DNA of 64,000 bases from Acidiphilium sp. (GTDB lineage Bacteria; Pseudomonadota; Alphaproteobacteria; Acetobacterales; Acetobacteraceae), in contig DAIDMG010000002.1 of assembly GCA_027449105.1 (NCBI GenBank), positions 7,201 through 71,200 of the forward strand, read 5' to 3'. A model generated the notes under the pieces. The model did not search any database. It saw only the letters and a list, made by a program, of their open reading frames with translations, and had not been told where the DNA came from. How positions within the stretch are numbered: position 1 is the stretch's first letter; every line of letters starts with the position of its first letter. The translations under genes and the position numbers were made by a program. This document shows, in pieces, positions 1-10,091 of the stretch.

Positions 1-884
1 CCACCGCATGCCACCTGAAACGCTGACAATGCCTCAAACACCGCGTGCTGCTTGATTGGCTTGGAAGCGGCCTTTTCAAAGGCAATGAAGTTCGGATCTT
101 GCTCGTCTCGTATGAATGCATTCCGTAGGGCGGTCATCCTTCGCTTATTTGCTGACGACCAGTCGATCAGATCGGTTGGTGAGGTACTCCCGCGCAGAGA
201 AAGCTCCGCTACATACACAGGGTTTAGGGCGATTCGGCTTGAGGGAGCATAAGGGCTGTAATGCCGCGGTTCGGCGGCAAACAGGGCATGGAGCGGACTA
301 ATTGCCAGCGCATGTGCTCCCTGGCGTGCCGCACTTTCAGCAAGTTGAGAGAGAGCAACAAAATCCCCCATGATATCGTCGTTGCGTTGCCGTATCGCAT
401 ATGCTTGCGCCGCTAGCCCCCATGGACGCTGGACTCTATTGATCCCCAAACGCATCATGGCATCGGTGACGGTAAAAGCCTGCATGGGAGCTACCGCCAA
501 GTTGTACTCATGGTTGTTAAACTCAAGGATGTAATCGCCGGCTAACTTGACGGGTACGAGTCGAACACGCCCAGATCCCGATGGTTCAGCGCTGCCGTCG
601 ATAATCTCACCTGACGAACCAATAATTCGAAAGCGTCCGACAGTTCCAGGGATTTCTACCGCACTCGAAACGTCCGCTGTCACGAGAGGAGGTATTTGTT
701 GCTCTTCGGAAGCAAGGAGCGCGAGCGACCCGCTGCATTGTGAGGCGCTATCGCTGGGAAGGCCAAGTGCGGTTAGCACTGCGCGCAGAGTTGAGTCCGG
801 CACGTCATGATGTACACCAAAAGCATCCTGCCACGATGTCTCGACTCCCGCCTTGGCAGCAAGGCTATGAAGTGCGTCGTTCAA
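1..884 (-). CDS. malQ: 4-alpha-glucanotransferase (amylomaltase, GH77), 3' part outside window
   Basis: Not in ORF track (runs off the edge). Manual translation from TTG at 884, overlapping the glgX stop (TTGA): MNDALHSLAAKAGVETSWQDAFG...WGLAAQAYAIR..MGDF...LAISPLHALF...YSPYAPSSRIALNP, typical MalQ motifs. Confidence 0.9.
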   Translation of the reverse strand, partial: MNDALHSLAAKAGVETSWQDAFGVHHDVPDSTLRAVLTALGLPSDSASQCSGSLALLASEEQQIPPLVTADVSSAVEIPGTVGRFRIIGSSGEIIDGSAEPSGSGRVRLVPVKLAGDYILEFNNHEYNLAVAPMQAFTVTDAMMRLGINRVQRPWGLAAQAYAIRQRNDDIMGDFVALSQLAESAARQGAHALAISPLHALFAAEPRHYSPYAPSSRIALNPVYVAELSLRGSTSPTDLIDWSSANKRRMTALRNAFIRDEQDPNFIAFEKAASKPIKQHAVFEALSAFQVACG

Positions 885-3043
885 TGGTCGCTGCCTGCCA
901 GGATAACGACGCTCCTGGTCGTCACGATCACCGCCGAGCCCTGATCCAGCCATTCGTTGCTCCGTTCCGGGTCAGCTGAATCGAATTCAAGCCTCCATCG
1001 CAGTTTGGGTGCGGGAATAACAAAGCTTCGATCCTCGGATGAACCGTTGATCAGCACGAGCGTCACATCGGGAGCATCACGTTCAACAACAGCACGGCGG
1101 AGCGCCAACAAGTGCGCAGCCCCATCCGCCCACCGTTCGGCTGTCAGCGGGGTACCAGTCTCGTCAAACCATGCGGTGTCAGTTAGGCCGGGGGAAATTT
1201 CGTATCGTCCATGAAGGAACTGCGCGCTCCGAAGGCTGGCATGGCGCCACCGCAACGTGGAAAGACGTCCGATGAAGCCGCGAAGATCCCAGAGTGGATC
1301 AAAGCGCTCCCAGTCGAGCCAGGATGTGCCGTTGTCCTGACAGTAGGCATTGTTGTTGCCGCCCTGGGTCCGCCCCATCTCGTCTCCGCTAACCAGCATC
1401 GGCGTACCGAAACATACAAACAGCGTGGCCAACATCGCCCGCGCAACGCGGTTACGCATCGCTTCGATCGCCGCGTCATCGCTAATGCCCTCCGCTCCGA
1501 AGTTGATAGAAAGATTGTCACTATGACCATCGAGGTTGTTTTCTTTGTTTGCCTCATTGTGCCGCTCCGCGTAGCTAAGGAGATCTCGGAGCGTGAAGCC
1601 ATCGTGCGAGGTGATGAAATTGACCGAAGCATAGGTTCGTCGCCGGTGGTGGTCAAACACCTCTGGCGAAGCCATAAGCGCCTTCGCCAATTCTGGTCGT
1701 TGCGATGAATCTCCTCGCCAAAATCTTCGGAGCGTGTCTCGGGCATACGCATTCCATTCCGCGAAACCTGGCGGAAAATTCCCAAGCTGGTACCCGCCCA
1801 ATCCCAAATCCCAAGGTTCGGCGATCAGCTTACAGCGTGACAATACCGGGTCTTGCCGAACGGCGTCGAAGAATCCGGATCCAGGATCGAAACCGCTTGC
1901 TTCGCGTCCAAGAACCGTAGCGAGGTCAAACCGAAAGCCATCAATCTGGAAGTTCGTGGCCCAATAACGGAGCGAATCAACGACCATCTGCAGTACGCGC
2001 GGATGGGCAATGTTAAGCGTGTTACCGCAGCCCGAGTCGTTGATGCAGTGTCGAGGCGCATCTGGTAGCAGTCGATAATAGCTGGCATTGTCGAGGCCAC
2101 GCCATGACAATGTTGGCCCTAGTTCCCCACCTTCGCATGTATGATTGTAGACAACATCAAGAAAAATTTCGATTCCGGCCGCGTGTAAGCGATCGATGGC
2201 TGCACCAACCTCTGCGTTCGCATACGCGGGGTCGGCGCAGTAACGCGGTTCGGGGGCAAAAAAGCCAAGCGTCGAGTACCCCCAGTAATTCGAAAGTTTT
2301 CGTTCGACGAGAAAACGATCCTGCGCGAAGGCATGGACGGGCATCAGCTCGATCGCAGTAACGCCTAACCGTTGAAAATGCTCAATCATTTGTGGTTGAG
2401 CTAACCCCGCAAACGTACCCCGCACTCGCTCGGGAAGATCGCCGCGCTGGCGGGTGAGACCACGGAGATGCGCCTCGTAGATAATGGTTTCCGACCATGG
2501 GTGGCGCGGCGGAGAATGTAGAGCCCAGGTGCGATCTTGACTCTCAGCAGTGACGACAGATTTTGGTACCGCAAATGCGCTGTCGCGTCGGTCGAACGAA
2601 AGATCCTCTTGCGCCGTTCCGATGCGGTATCCGTATAATGCATCCGACCAGACGAGGCGTCCCGACAAGGCTCGTGCGTAAGGGTCTATCAAAAGCTTAT
2701 TGGGGTTAAATCTATGCCCCTCTTCGGGTTGATAAGGGCCATAAGCGCGATAGCCATAGAGTAATCCAGGTCCTTCGCCCGGCAGATAGCCGTGATGCAC
2801 TTCATCCGTGCACTCAGGTAATGTGAAGCGTTGGATTTCGTGACGTCCACGTGCGTCAAACAGGCACAACTCGACACGCTCAGCATGCGCGGAGAAAACT
2901 GCGAAATTAATTCCCAAGCCATCCCAATGGCTTCCCAGCTTGTCTGGTGCGCCTGCTCGTAATCGAGCTGGCATCATCGAACCAGCCCTGCCCGCGAAGG
3001 CAGTGCTTTCCGGTAACCTTCCATGCTGGCGCGACACATCCAC
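881..3043 (-). CDS. glgX: glycogen debranching enzyme GlgX (GH13)
   Basis: Motifs GINFAVFS, NYWGY, DVVYNHT, DGFRFDLA, AEPWD, NFITSHDGFTL, NNAYCQDN. Start may be the ATGs at 2977/2974. Confidence 0.96.
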   Translation of the reverse strand: MDVSRQHGRLPESTAFAGRAGSMMPARLRAGAPDKLGSHWDGLGINFAVFSAHAERVELCLFDARGRHEIQRFTLPECTDEVHHGYLPGEGPGLLYGYRAYGPYQPEEGHRFNPNKLLIDPYARALSGRLVWSDALYGYRIGTAQEDLSFDRRDSAFAVPKSVVTAESQDRTWALHSPPRHPWSETIIYEAHLRGLTRQRGDLPERVRGTFAGLAQPQMIEHFQRLGVTAIELMPVHAFAQDRFLVERKLSNYWGYSTLGFFAPEPRYCADPAYANAEVGAAIDRLHAAGIEIFLDVVYNHTCEGGELGPTLSWRGLDNASYYRLLPDAPRHCINDSGCGNTLNIAHPRVLQMVVDSLRYWATNFQIDGFRFDLATVLGREASGFDPGSGFFDAVRQDPVLSRCKLIAEPWDLGLGGYQLGNFPPGFAEWNAYARDTLRRFWRGDSSQRPELAKALMASPEVFDHHRRRTYASVNFITSHDGFTLRDLLSYAERHNEANKENNLDGHSDNLSINFGAEGISDDAAIEAMRNRVARAMLATLFVCFGTPMLVSGDEMGRTQGGNNNAYCQDNGTSWLDWERFDPLWDLRGFIGRLSTLRWRHASLRSAQFLHGRYEISPGLTDTAWFDETGTPLTAERWADGAAHLLALRRAVVERDAPDVTLVLINGSSEDRSFVIPAPKLRWRLEFDSADPERSNEWLDQGSAVIVTTRSVVILAGSDH

Positions 3044-3172
3044 AAAAGTATGCCCTTCAAGAAATAGCTATAGCCGGTCCGTGCATCGGCCGTTTGACGT
3101 AATTCCTGATCTTTCATGACAGCTAAACATTGACCGTCTACGCGATCCCGTCAAATCTGCACTATCGATGCA

Positions 3173-4096
3173 GTGACGAAAGGTATGGATCGGGACGCAT
3201 TTGCAAATAGGTCGCACGTTTTGGAACCGGAAATCCTCCGGGAAGACGGCGCTGTGCCCGAACCGGCGATCACAGTGCGTGAACCGGCGCATCAGACCGC
3301 ACCAATCATAGTCGCTTCCCCGCATTCCGGAAACGACTATGCTCCTCGCTTCCTTGCAGCGTCACGCCTGGATTCGCGGTCTTTGCGGAAAAGCGAGGAC
3401 TGCTTTGTCGACGAATTATTTGGCTTTGCTCCTGCGGTAGGTTTGCCATTGCTCGCTGCACGGTTTCCTCGTGCCTATTGCGATGTGAATCGCGAGGCAT
3501 GGGAGCTTGACCCGGCGATGTTCGAGGATATGTTACCCCCCCACGTTAATCATGCCAGCCCTCGCGTCGCTGCCGGACTTGGCACCATTGCCCGGGTCGT
3601 TGCGTTTGGCGAGCCGATATATCGCCACAAATTACGTTTCGCGGAGGCTGAAAGGCGTATTGAGAGGTGCTGGAAGCCGTACCACGCGGCGTTAGTTCGA
3701 TTGATTGCGAAAACTAAAGAGCGCTTTGGTGCCTGCATAGTACTGGACTGTCATTCGATGCCGTCTACCCATTCTGGGCTTAGCGAGAGCGAGCCAGATT
3801 TTGTCCTTGGGGACGCTCATGGTGCCGCTTGTGGACGTGCCATCGTTGCCTTGATTGAGATGAACCTGCGTGGCGAGGGTTTCATTGTTCGTCGTAACGA
3901 TCCCTACGCGGGAGGATATGTCACGCGCCATTACGGTCGCCCACGCGAGCACGTCCACGTGCTACAGATCGAAGTTGCCCGAAAATTGTATATGGATGAA
4001 GCCAACTTTGTTCCGACGCAGGGGTTCATCCGTATACAGGCTGTATTGACGACGCTGCTTCAGACAATAATCACGATGGCACCACACTTAATTTAA
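3173..4096 (+). CDS. N-formylglutamate amidohydrolase family protein
   Basis: ASPHSG, SED.FVD, PRAYCDVNR, DCHSMPS, PYAGGY, LQIEV motifs. Start may be ATG 3186. Confidence 0.92.
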   Translation: MTKGMDRDAFANRSHVLEPEILREDGAVPEPAITVREPAHQTAPIIVASPHSGNDYAPRFLAASRLDSRSLRKSEDCFVDELFGFAPAVGLPLLAARFPRAYCDVNREAWELDPAMFEDMLPPHVNHASPRVAAGLGTIARVVAFGEPIYRHKLRFAEAERRIERCWKPYHAALVRLIAKTKERFGACIVLDCHSMPSTHSGLSESEPDFVLGDAHGAACGRAIVALIEMNLRGEGFIVRRNDPYAGGYVTRHYGRPREHVHVLQIEVARKLYMDEANFVPTQGFIRIQAVLTTLLQTIITMAPHLI

Positions 4097-4116
4097 CGCG
4101 CCATCCAAAGTAGTTC

Positions 4117-4202
4117 AAAAAAAAGGCGGCACCGAAGTGCCGCCAAGTTTAGGGAGGAAACGTCCAAGAAAGCAAACGAAGCGAACAAATCGCCGTTGCA
4201 CT
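4117..4202 (-). ncRNA. mmgR: MmgR / SuhB (alpha-r8) family small RNA
   Basis: Minus strand reads ...TTCTTGGACGTTTCCTCCCTAAACTTGGCGGCACTTCGGTGCCGCCTTTTTTTT: conserved UUUCCUCCCU core plus UUCG terminator hairpin. Convergent with the N-formylglutamate amidohydrolase gene, the known mmgR neighbour. 5' end estimated from the promoter. Confidence 0.85.
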
Positions 4203-4207
4203 CTGGT

Positions 4208-4256
4208 ATATAGTCGACCGAATGCCGCCGCGCAAGAATTTTTTTGCAGCGCAGCA
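4208..4256 (-). promoter_or_regulatory. sigma70-type promoter of the sRNA with upstream PhaR/AniA-like box
   Basis: CTTGCG (4236-4231) and CTATAT (4213-4208) match the alphaproteobacterial CTTGAC-N17-CTATAT consensus. TGC-N3-GCA palindrome TGCAGCGCA at 4245-4253. Confidence 0.65.
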
Positions 4257-4300
4257 TCATGGCTCTCGCATAGATCACTTTGTTTTTCTGGGGGAGGGGG

Positions 4301-4566
4301 CTAAAATGCCGCGATGATCCCAAGCAGATCCAGCGGGATATTGCGAATGTGGCTGGTATGCTTTTTTGCCCGCGCTGTCGTCGACAGTGAGGTGATCACC
4401 TTTGAGAGCGCGCCGCCCGGTTTGATGCGGAACACATAAACGAGGCTGTTTTTATGCCAGACGTCAGCCGCATAACCGTTCAAGGACCGTGCTGGTCCTG
4501 AAGCGCCCCACAGAGCTGCGATCCCGAAGATCACTCAGTTTGCATGTCGGCTTTGAGTGGTGCCAT
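4301..4566 (-). pseudogene. possible eroded secreted-protein gene (11-codon ORF with strong SD plus overlapping 77-aa ORF)
   Basis: AGGAGG-N8-ATG at 4566 gives MAPLKADMQTE*. Its stop overlaps GTG 4534 of VIFGIAALWGASGPARS...NSLVYVFRIKPGGALSKV. Confidence 0.3.
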
Positions 4567-5153
4567 GGAGTATTCCTCCTCGCGCAACAACGGAAAAATC
4601 TGATGTCTTTTATCGCGTTGTGGCGTGAATGACCCGCCCGGTCAGGGGCGGGATATATGGAACCCGTGTGCGGGTGCGTAAAAGGCTGAAAAATGAAGCT
4701 CGTGCAGTACGGAGCCTCGAAACTCGCCGGCCCGGAGGAGCGGCGTGTTATGATCCGCCATGAGCCGCCCATGACCTGTCGCGATTTCACCGTGCGCGCG
4801 ATGCCGCCACGCCCCAAGGCCAGGTGTGGCCTTGCAGCCGGACCATAGCTGCCACTAGGATCTGGAAATTTCGCGGCGTTATTGTTGAATGATTGAAGGG
4901 CGCAATGGCCCATGTGAAGTCCCACTTTTCCGGCCCATCCAGTGTCCTGCAAACGTCGCCTAAGGTTGAAAACCGAAATTCAAATCGCGAGGCCTACCGA
5001 TTACTGCAATGGGCATCACGCAACGGCAGGCTCCATATGAGCGGGTCATACATCGTCAACAACAGCAGAACCCAATCAAGGTTGGGGCGCACAAGAACAG
5101 GGTCAGAGGCTTTAAAGCAGCCACGTCATGCGGCGGGGCATACATAGATTTTA

Positions 5154-7076
5154 TTACCCCGGGGCCGGAATTGGCCCTAACCCTCCAGTCTTGGGGATGT
5201 CCGGTTTCTGCGCAACAGGTACAGAGCCGCGACGATCTGGCGACGGTTCGTCAATGACTTTCCGGATGATCTTTTCGCCGCGCAATACCATGCGGATTTC
5301 CTCCCCGGAGAGAGTCTCATACTCAAGGAGACCGCGCGCAAGAGCATGCAGATCATTGAGCCGTTCGGTGAGAATACGCTTGGCCTCACTGTAGGCGTGG
5401 CCGATGATCCTTTTAACCTCCGCATCAATTTCCTGGGCAGTCGCTTCGGAAATGCTTTTATGCTGCTGGATCGACTGGCCAAGGAACAAGTCCTGCCCAT
5501 TGTCGCCGTATGAGACCATTCCAAGTATGTCGCTCATACCCCATTCGGTAACCATTCGACGAGTAATCTCGGTCGCTTGTTTAATGTCGCCAGAAGCGCC
5601 ATTCGAAACATTGTCCGGCCCAAAAATGATTTCCTCTGCAGCGCGCCCGCCCATTGCCTTGACCAGCTCCGCAAGTAGCTTCGCCTTACTCATAGAGTAG
5701 CGATCCCCCTCGGGGAGGCTCATTACTAGTCCAAGCGCACGTCCACGCGGAATAATCGTTGCCTTGTGAACGGGATCGCAATGTTCTTGGGAAATCGAGC
5801 AAATTGCATGCCCACCCTCATGGTACGCAGTCATCCGTTTTTCATCATCGCTCATCACCATCGAACGACGCTCAGCCCCCATCAGCACTTTGTCTTTCGC
5901 ACTCTCGAACTCGGCCATCGCAACGACCCGCTTGCCGATGCGAGCCGCCAGCAAAGCAGCCTCATTGACCAGATTGGCAAGATCGGCGCCGGAAAACCCT
6001 GGCGTTCCGCGAGCAATCACCTTCGGATCAACGTCAGAAGCCAACGGCACCTTGCGCATGTGAACCTTAAGAATGCGCTCTCGTCCGTTCACATCCGGAT
6101 TCGGCACCACAACCTGGCGGTCGAATCGACCAGGGCGCAGCAATGCGGGATCAAGTACATCGGGCCGATTCGTCGCCGCAATCAGAATCACACCTTCATT
6201 GCTCTCAAACCCGTCCATTTCAACGAGCATCTGATTGAGTGTCTGCTCGCGCTCGTCGTTGCCCCCCCCCAAGCCTGCGCCCCGGTGACGGCCAACGGCA
6301 TCAATTTCATCAATAAAGATTATGCATGGCGCGTTTTTCTTGCCCTGCTCGAACATATCCCGCACTCGCGACGCGCCAACTCCAACGAACATTTCCACGA
6401 AATCCGATCCCGATATCGTAAAGAACGGCACATTCGCCTCGCCCGCAATTGCTCGGGCAAGTAGTGTTTTGCCCGTGCCAGGAGGGCCAACCAGAAGACA
6501 GCCTTTTGGGATCTTGCCGCCGAGGCGTTGAAATTTCTGTGGATCACGAAGAAATTCAACGATTTCCTGCAATTCATTTTTAGCTTCATCGATGCCGGCG
6601 ACATCCTCAAATGTCACCCGCCCCTGCTTTTCCGTAAGAAGGCGGGCCCGCGATTTGCCAAATCCCATAGCTCTGCCACCACCTGACTGCATCTGCCGCA
6701 TGAGATAGAACCAGAATCCAAAAAGCAGCAGCATTGGCGCCCATGAGATCAAGTACTTGATCAAGGGATTTTCTGGGTTGGTAACAGGTTTGGCATCAAC
6801 TCTTACATGTTTGGAAATCAGAGAAGAAACCAAAGTCGGGTCGCTAGGCGCATACGTCTCGAACGCACTGCCGCTCTTGAGAGCGCCGGTAATTGTGTGC
6901 CCGCGGATCAGCACATGATCAACCTTGCCTTGGTCAACCTCGTTGAGAAAGGTAGAATACGCAACCTGTGTGGCCTTGTCGGCATCTGAGGTCTGCGGTT
7001 GAAACATGTTGAACAGCAGAACGACGCCTAGGATCACAACGACCCAGATCAGCAGATTACGCCAAAAATTGTTCAT
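5154..7076 (-). CDS. ftsH: ATP-dependent zinc metalloprotease FtsH
   Basis: Two TM helices, Walker [43 protein letters not shown] Zn motif. Confidence 0.99.
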   Translation of the reverse strand: MNNFWRNLLIWVVVILGVVLLFNMFQPQTSDADKATQVAYSTFLNEVDQGKVDHVLIRGHTITGALKSGSAFETYAPSDPTLVSSLISKHVRVDAKPVTNPENPLIKYLISWAPMLLLFGFWFYLMRQMQSGGGRAMGFGKSRARLLTEKQGRVTFEDVAGIDEAKNELQEIVEFLRDPQKFQRLGGKIPKGCLLVGPPGTGKTLLARAIAGEANVPFFTISGSDFVEMFVGVGASRVRDMFEQGKKNAPCIIFIDEIDAVGRHRGAGLGGGNDEREQTLNQMLVEMDGFESNEGVILIAATNRPDVLDPALLRPGRFDRQVVVPNPDVNGRERILKVHMRKVPLASDVDPKVIARGTPGFSGADLANLVNEAALLAARIGKRVVAMAEFESAKDKVLMGAERRSMVMSDDEKRMTAYHEGGHAICSISQEHCDPVHKATIIPRGRALGLVMSLPEGDRYSMSKAKLLAELVKAMGGRAAEEIIFGPDNVSNGASGDIKQATEITRRMVTEWGMSDILGMVSYGDNGQDLFLGQSIQQHKSISEATAQEIDAEVKRIIGHAYSEAKRILTERLNDLHALARGLLEYETLSGEEIRMVLRGEKIIRKVIDEPSPDRRGSVPVAQKPDIPKTGGLGPIPAPG

Positions 7077-7242
7077 CCGACCTTGTCCATTTTATTTAAC
7101 TATGCACGCCTCATACAATTGTGCTGCTGCTATAGGCGACAGCGCTCTCACCATGCGCCCCAAGATATTGGCACGCTGCTCCCCGACTCGCTACCGCAAA
7201 ATTGCCCATGATATGGAAAGATGGTCATTCCGCGTCATATTC

Positions 7243-8472
7243 CTAGCCCGCCCCTTCCCCCGTCGCTGCGTAAAATCCTGTATCGACGAGCACCGGCCAG
7301 CCCGGCACAAATCGGACTGAAGCAGGCGCCCCAAAATCAAGATGGGGTACCGCAAGGAGTTTGTCATTCCTGAAAATGGCCGGCAGGCCACGGAGCACCA
7401 CGGCGGGTAGCGACGAGCGGTCACGTATTTCGGCTGCATGGTCACCAAGAGCACCAAACGCCGTAGCCGTTTCTGGCACGCGATCAAGAACAAAGCGACC
7501 GTCCCACTGCGCTCGATGCATGGCTGGGACCGGCTTGGCACACGCAGCCGGCTCGCGAACCAGTAGAAACCCCTCGAAAGGGCGTTTTGCGAGGACAAGG
7601 GCCACACCACCAAGCGTCGCAGGCGCAAGCGACTTAGCAATGCGGACAGTCGAAGCACGCGGCGGTGGATAGTCAGCTCCCCCAATCACTCGCAACAACG
7701 CCGCGAGCGCATTGGGATCTAAGCGATCGGCGGCGATATGTGCAAAGCCGGCGTCGTAAAGACAAACAGACGCAACCAGTGAGGCAGCCGCAGCGTCTTG
7801 CTCTAGCCGACGTGCAACCATTGCGTGAGCGATCAGCGCCGCTATCTCGTTTGACGAAACCCTCTGACCGGCGAGACGCAATCGTCCGCGCTCGAAGCGG
7901 CGGTCAAGGTTGCTGGGGTCTTCGATCCATTCGACACCGCGGGCGCGTAGATAGTCCTGCAAGGCAGCATGCGGTAACGCGAGAAGGGGACGAAGCAGAA
8001 GAACGTCGTTTCGTGCACTGATTGGTGACATTCCGGATAAACCCCGCGTACCACGAGCCGCACGCATCATGATCAATTCGGCCTGATCATCGGCGTGATG
8101 ACCAACAAGAAGATGCACTGCGCCATTCTCGCGTGCCGCAGATGTAAGAACCGCATAGCGTGCAGCTCTAGCCCGCTCCTGTAGCGCGGCTCCATCTGTC
8201 AAGCTGAGACGATAGCTCACGGAATCGATCGATTGTCCCGAAAGTCTCTGGGCGGCCAGCGCGGCTTCGCGGTCGGAGCCGGGACGTAGACCATGATCAA
8301 CAATCAGAGCAATAACGGAACCTCCGCGCGGAACAACCCAGTCCCGGGCCAAGAGTGCGAGCGCCGTACTGTCAGCACCGCCCGAAACCGCGACAGCCAA
8401 ACGCGGGGCAGTGCCAAGAGGGCCGCAAGCCGCCATTGCGGCCGAAAAAACTTCCTCTACCGTATCGGGCAC
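7243..8472 (-). CDS. tilS: tRNA(Ile)-lysidine synthetase
   Basis: PP-loop SGGADS, DHGLR, ARAARY, GHHADDQAE, RPLL, EDPSN; conserved position before ftsH. Confidence 0.96.
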   Translation of the reverse strand: MPDTVEEVFSAAMAACGPLGTAPRLAVAVSGGADSTALALLARDWVVPRGGSVIALIVDHGLRPGSDREAALAAQRLSGQSIDSVSYRLSLTDGAALQERARAARYAVLTSAARENGAVHLLVGHHADDQAELIMMRAARGTRGLSGMSPISARNDVLLLRPLLALPHAALQDYLRARGVEWIEDPSNLDRRFERGRLRLAGQRVSSNEIAALIAHAMVARRLEQDAAAASLVASVCLYDAGFAHIAADRLDPNALAALLRVIGGADYPPPRASTVRIAKSLAPATLGGVALVLAKRPFEGFLLVREPAACAKPVPAMHRAQWDGRFVLDRVPETATAFGALGDHAAEIRDRSSLPAVVLRGLPAIFRNDKLLAVPHLDFGAPASVRFVPGWPVLVDTGFYAATGEGAG

Positions 8473-8508
8473 ATCTTTCGCTCTCTGATCGTTATGTAAG
8501 CCCGCTGG

Positions 8509-9414
8509 TTAACGACAGTGTGCTTTTAATCTGACTGTCTTTACCTGCGCCTCAAGCGAAGGTGAAAGCGGCGAAAATTGGCTGGCTAGAGAATCCAACG
8601 TATCGCAGGCGGCATTCTCCTGGCCAATCGCTGCAAGAGAGCTGGACAGGCCCAACAAGGCCTTAGCTGCGTAAGGGCCAGTCTTGTCTGCGCTATAGGC
8701 ATCATCGTACGCGAGCGCCGACTCCTGAAAACGCCGCTGGCCATCGAGAGCCTGCGCAAGCACAAGTTCGGCTTCCCCATGGTACACTCCTTTGCCCCGC
8801 TTAGCGATAATGGCTCGCGCGTCTGCTTCCGCAGCCGTATAGTCGTGAGCGGCCAGCGCTTGGCGTGCGGCGACGAGCGACGCGACAACGTGTCGCCGGG
8901 GCGGTGCCGGCGCGGGAGGCGTGGTCGACCCGACCGGCAGCTGACCCAATGTCTGCGAATTTTTGTTCTGCCCCCCTGCGGGCGAGGCGAGTCCTGTAGA
9001 GGCTTTCTTGCCCTGCTGCGCCATCTCAAACTTTAGGTCGCCAATCTCCTGATTAATCTGATCATTCTGCGTTGTGACCTGGTGCTCCAAGGTGTCGAGC
9101 CGACCACGCAATGAATGCACGTCTTGTTGCAGTTGCTGCACCTGTTGAACCAAACTCGGCAAAAGCGCTGCACCGCTCCCCGCCCCGGACCCGCCCGGCT
9201 GCGAAGGCGCCAGCACAGAAGCACCGTTGCCCCCTTGGTTTTGCTGAAGTTGCTGGACCTGTTGCCGAAGCTCAAGAATCTGATTTTCCAGAGCTATTCC
9301 CTCTTGACTCGTAATAACTTGTGCCCGGGCGGCTGACGATGAAACAAGCACGGCGAAGCCAACAGCCAATAACAACGCACGGCAGCGACAAAGAAAGCGG
9401 AAAAGGACTTGCAT
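8509..9414 (-). CDS. cpoB: Tol-Pal associated coiled-coil/TPR protein CpoB (YbgF)
   Basis: Signal peptide ending AARA-Q, Gln-rich coiled coil (LRGRLDTLEHQ), TPR C-terminus with AACDTL; lies between pal and tilS. Start re-called to ATG 9414. Confidence 0.85.
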   Translation of the reverse strand: MQVLFRFLCRCRALLLAVGFAVLVSSSAARAQVITSQEGIALENQILELRQQVQQLQQNQGGNGASVLAPSQPGGSGAGSGAALLPSLVQQVQQLQQDVHSLRGRLDTLEHQVTTQNDQINQEIGDLKFEMAQQGKKASTGLASPAGGQNKNSQTLGQLPVGSTTPPAPAPPRRHVVASLVAARQALAAHDYTAAEADARAIIAKRGKGVYHGEAELVLAQALDGQRRFQESALAYDDAYSADKTGPYAAKALLGLSSSLAAIGQENAACDTLDSLASQFSPLSPSLEAQVKTVRLKAHCR

Positions 9415-9517
9415 GAAGTGAATTCCGATACCTGACGACGATTCACCCCATTGTATACGCCGAAACAGCTGGTGGAGAACAGGCTCATCACGAACTGAAA
9501 GCTTGGATTGGGTCTTC

Positions 9518-9557
9518 CAAAACGAAAACGGCGGCCCGAAGTAGTACCGGGCCGCCG
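9518..9557 (-). terminator. intrinsic terminator/attenuator after pal
   Basis: 10-bp stem CGGCGGCCCG/CGGGCCGCCG followed by TTTTCGTTTT on the minus strand. Confidence 0.65.
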
Positions 9558-9587
9558 CCATAAAGACAGGTCAGAGTTTTTTACCCA

Positions 9588-10091
9588 TCAGTTGCAATGC
9601 TGTGGATTGAAACCCTGTACGGAGGTAATTGCGACGCGATCTTGCTCGTAGTCTTGCTGGGTATTTCCCGGTGAAACCAAGCAAGATTTTCCATAAGACA
9701 TGGTCTCAATCCGCGATGCGGCAACGCCCTTAGCCACCAAATAATCGCGTGCGGCATTCGCCCGGCGATGCCCGAGCGCAAGGTTATACGTTTCAGTGCC
9801 TCGTGGATCGCAATTGCCCGCCACCAATACATCCACGTTTGGATATTTCATGAGCCATTGGGCCTGGCGAGCCAACGTTGCGCGATCAGCTGGAGTCAAG
9901 GTCGATTTGTCGAAAGCATAAAAGACGCGATCGCCGACATCGGCTACGAGTTGTTCCTCGCTCCCGGGCGCAGGGCCAGATTGTGCGGTCATGGCGCCGG
10001 ATCCGGTGGACGCCGTTGTAGTCGTCGGTGCATTTGAGCAAGCCGCAAGCAGGGCAACAGCGGCTAGTGCCCCCAGAGCTTTAATGTTCAT
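9588..10091 (-). CDS. pal: peptidoglycan-associated lipoprotein Pal (OmpA domain)
   Basis: Start re-called to MNIKALG; lipobox LLAAC; GDRVFYAFD, GNCDPRGT..YNLALGHRRA, SYGK. Confidence 0.92.
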   Translation of the reverse strand: MNIKALGALAAVALLAACSNAPTTTTASTGSGAMTAQSGPAPGSEEQLVADVGDRVFYAFDKSTLTPADRATLARQAQWLMKYPNVDVLVAGNCDPRGTETYNLALGHRRANAARDYLVAKGVAASRIETMSYGKSCLVSPGNTQQDYEQDRVAITSVQGFNPQHCN

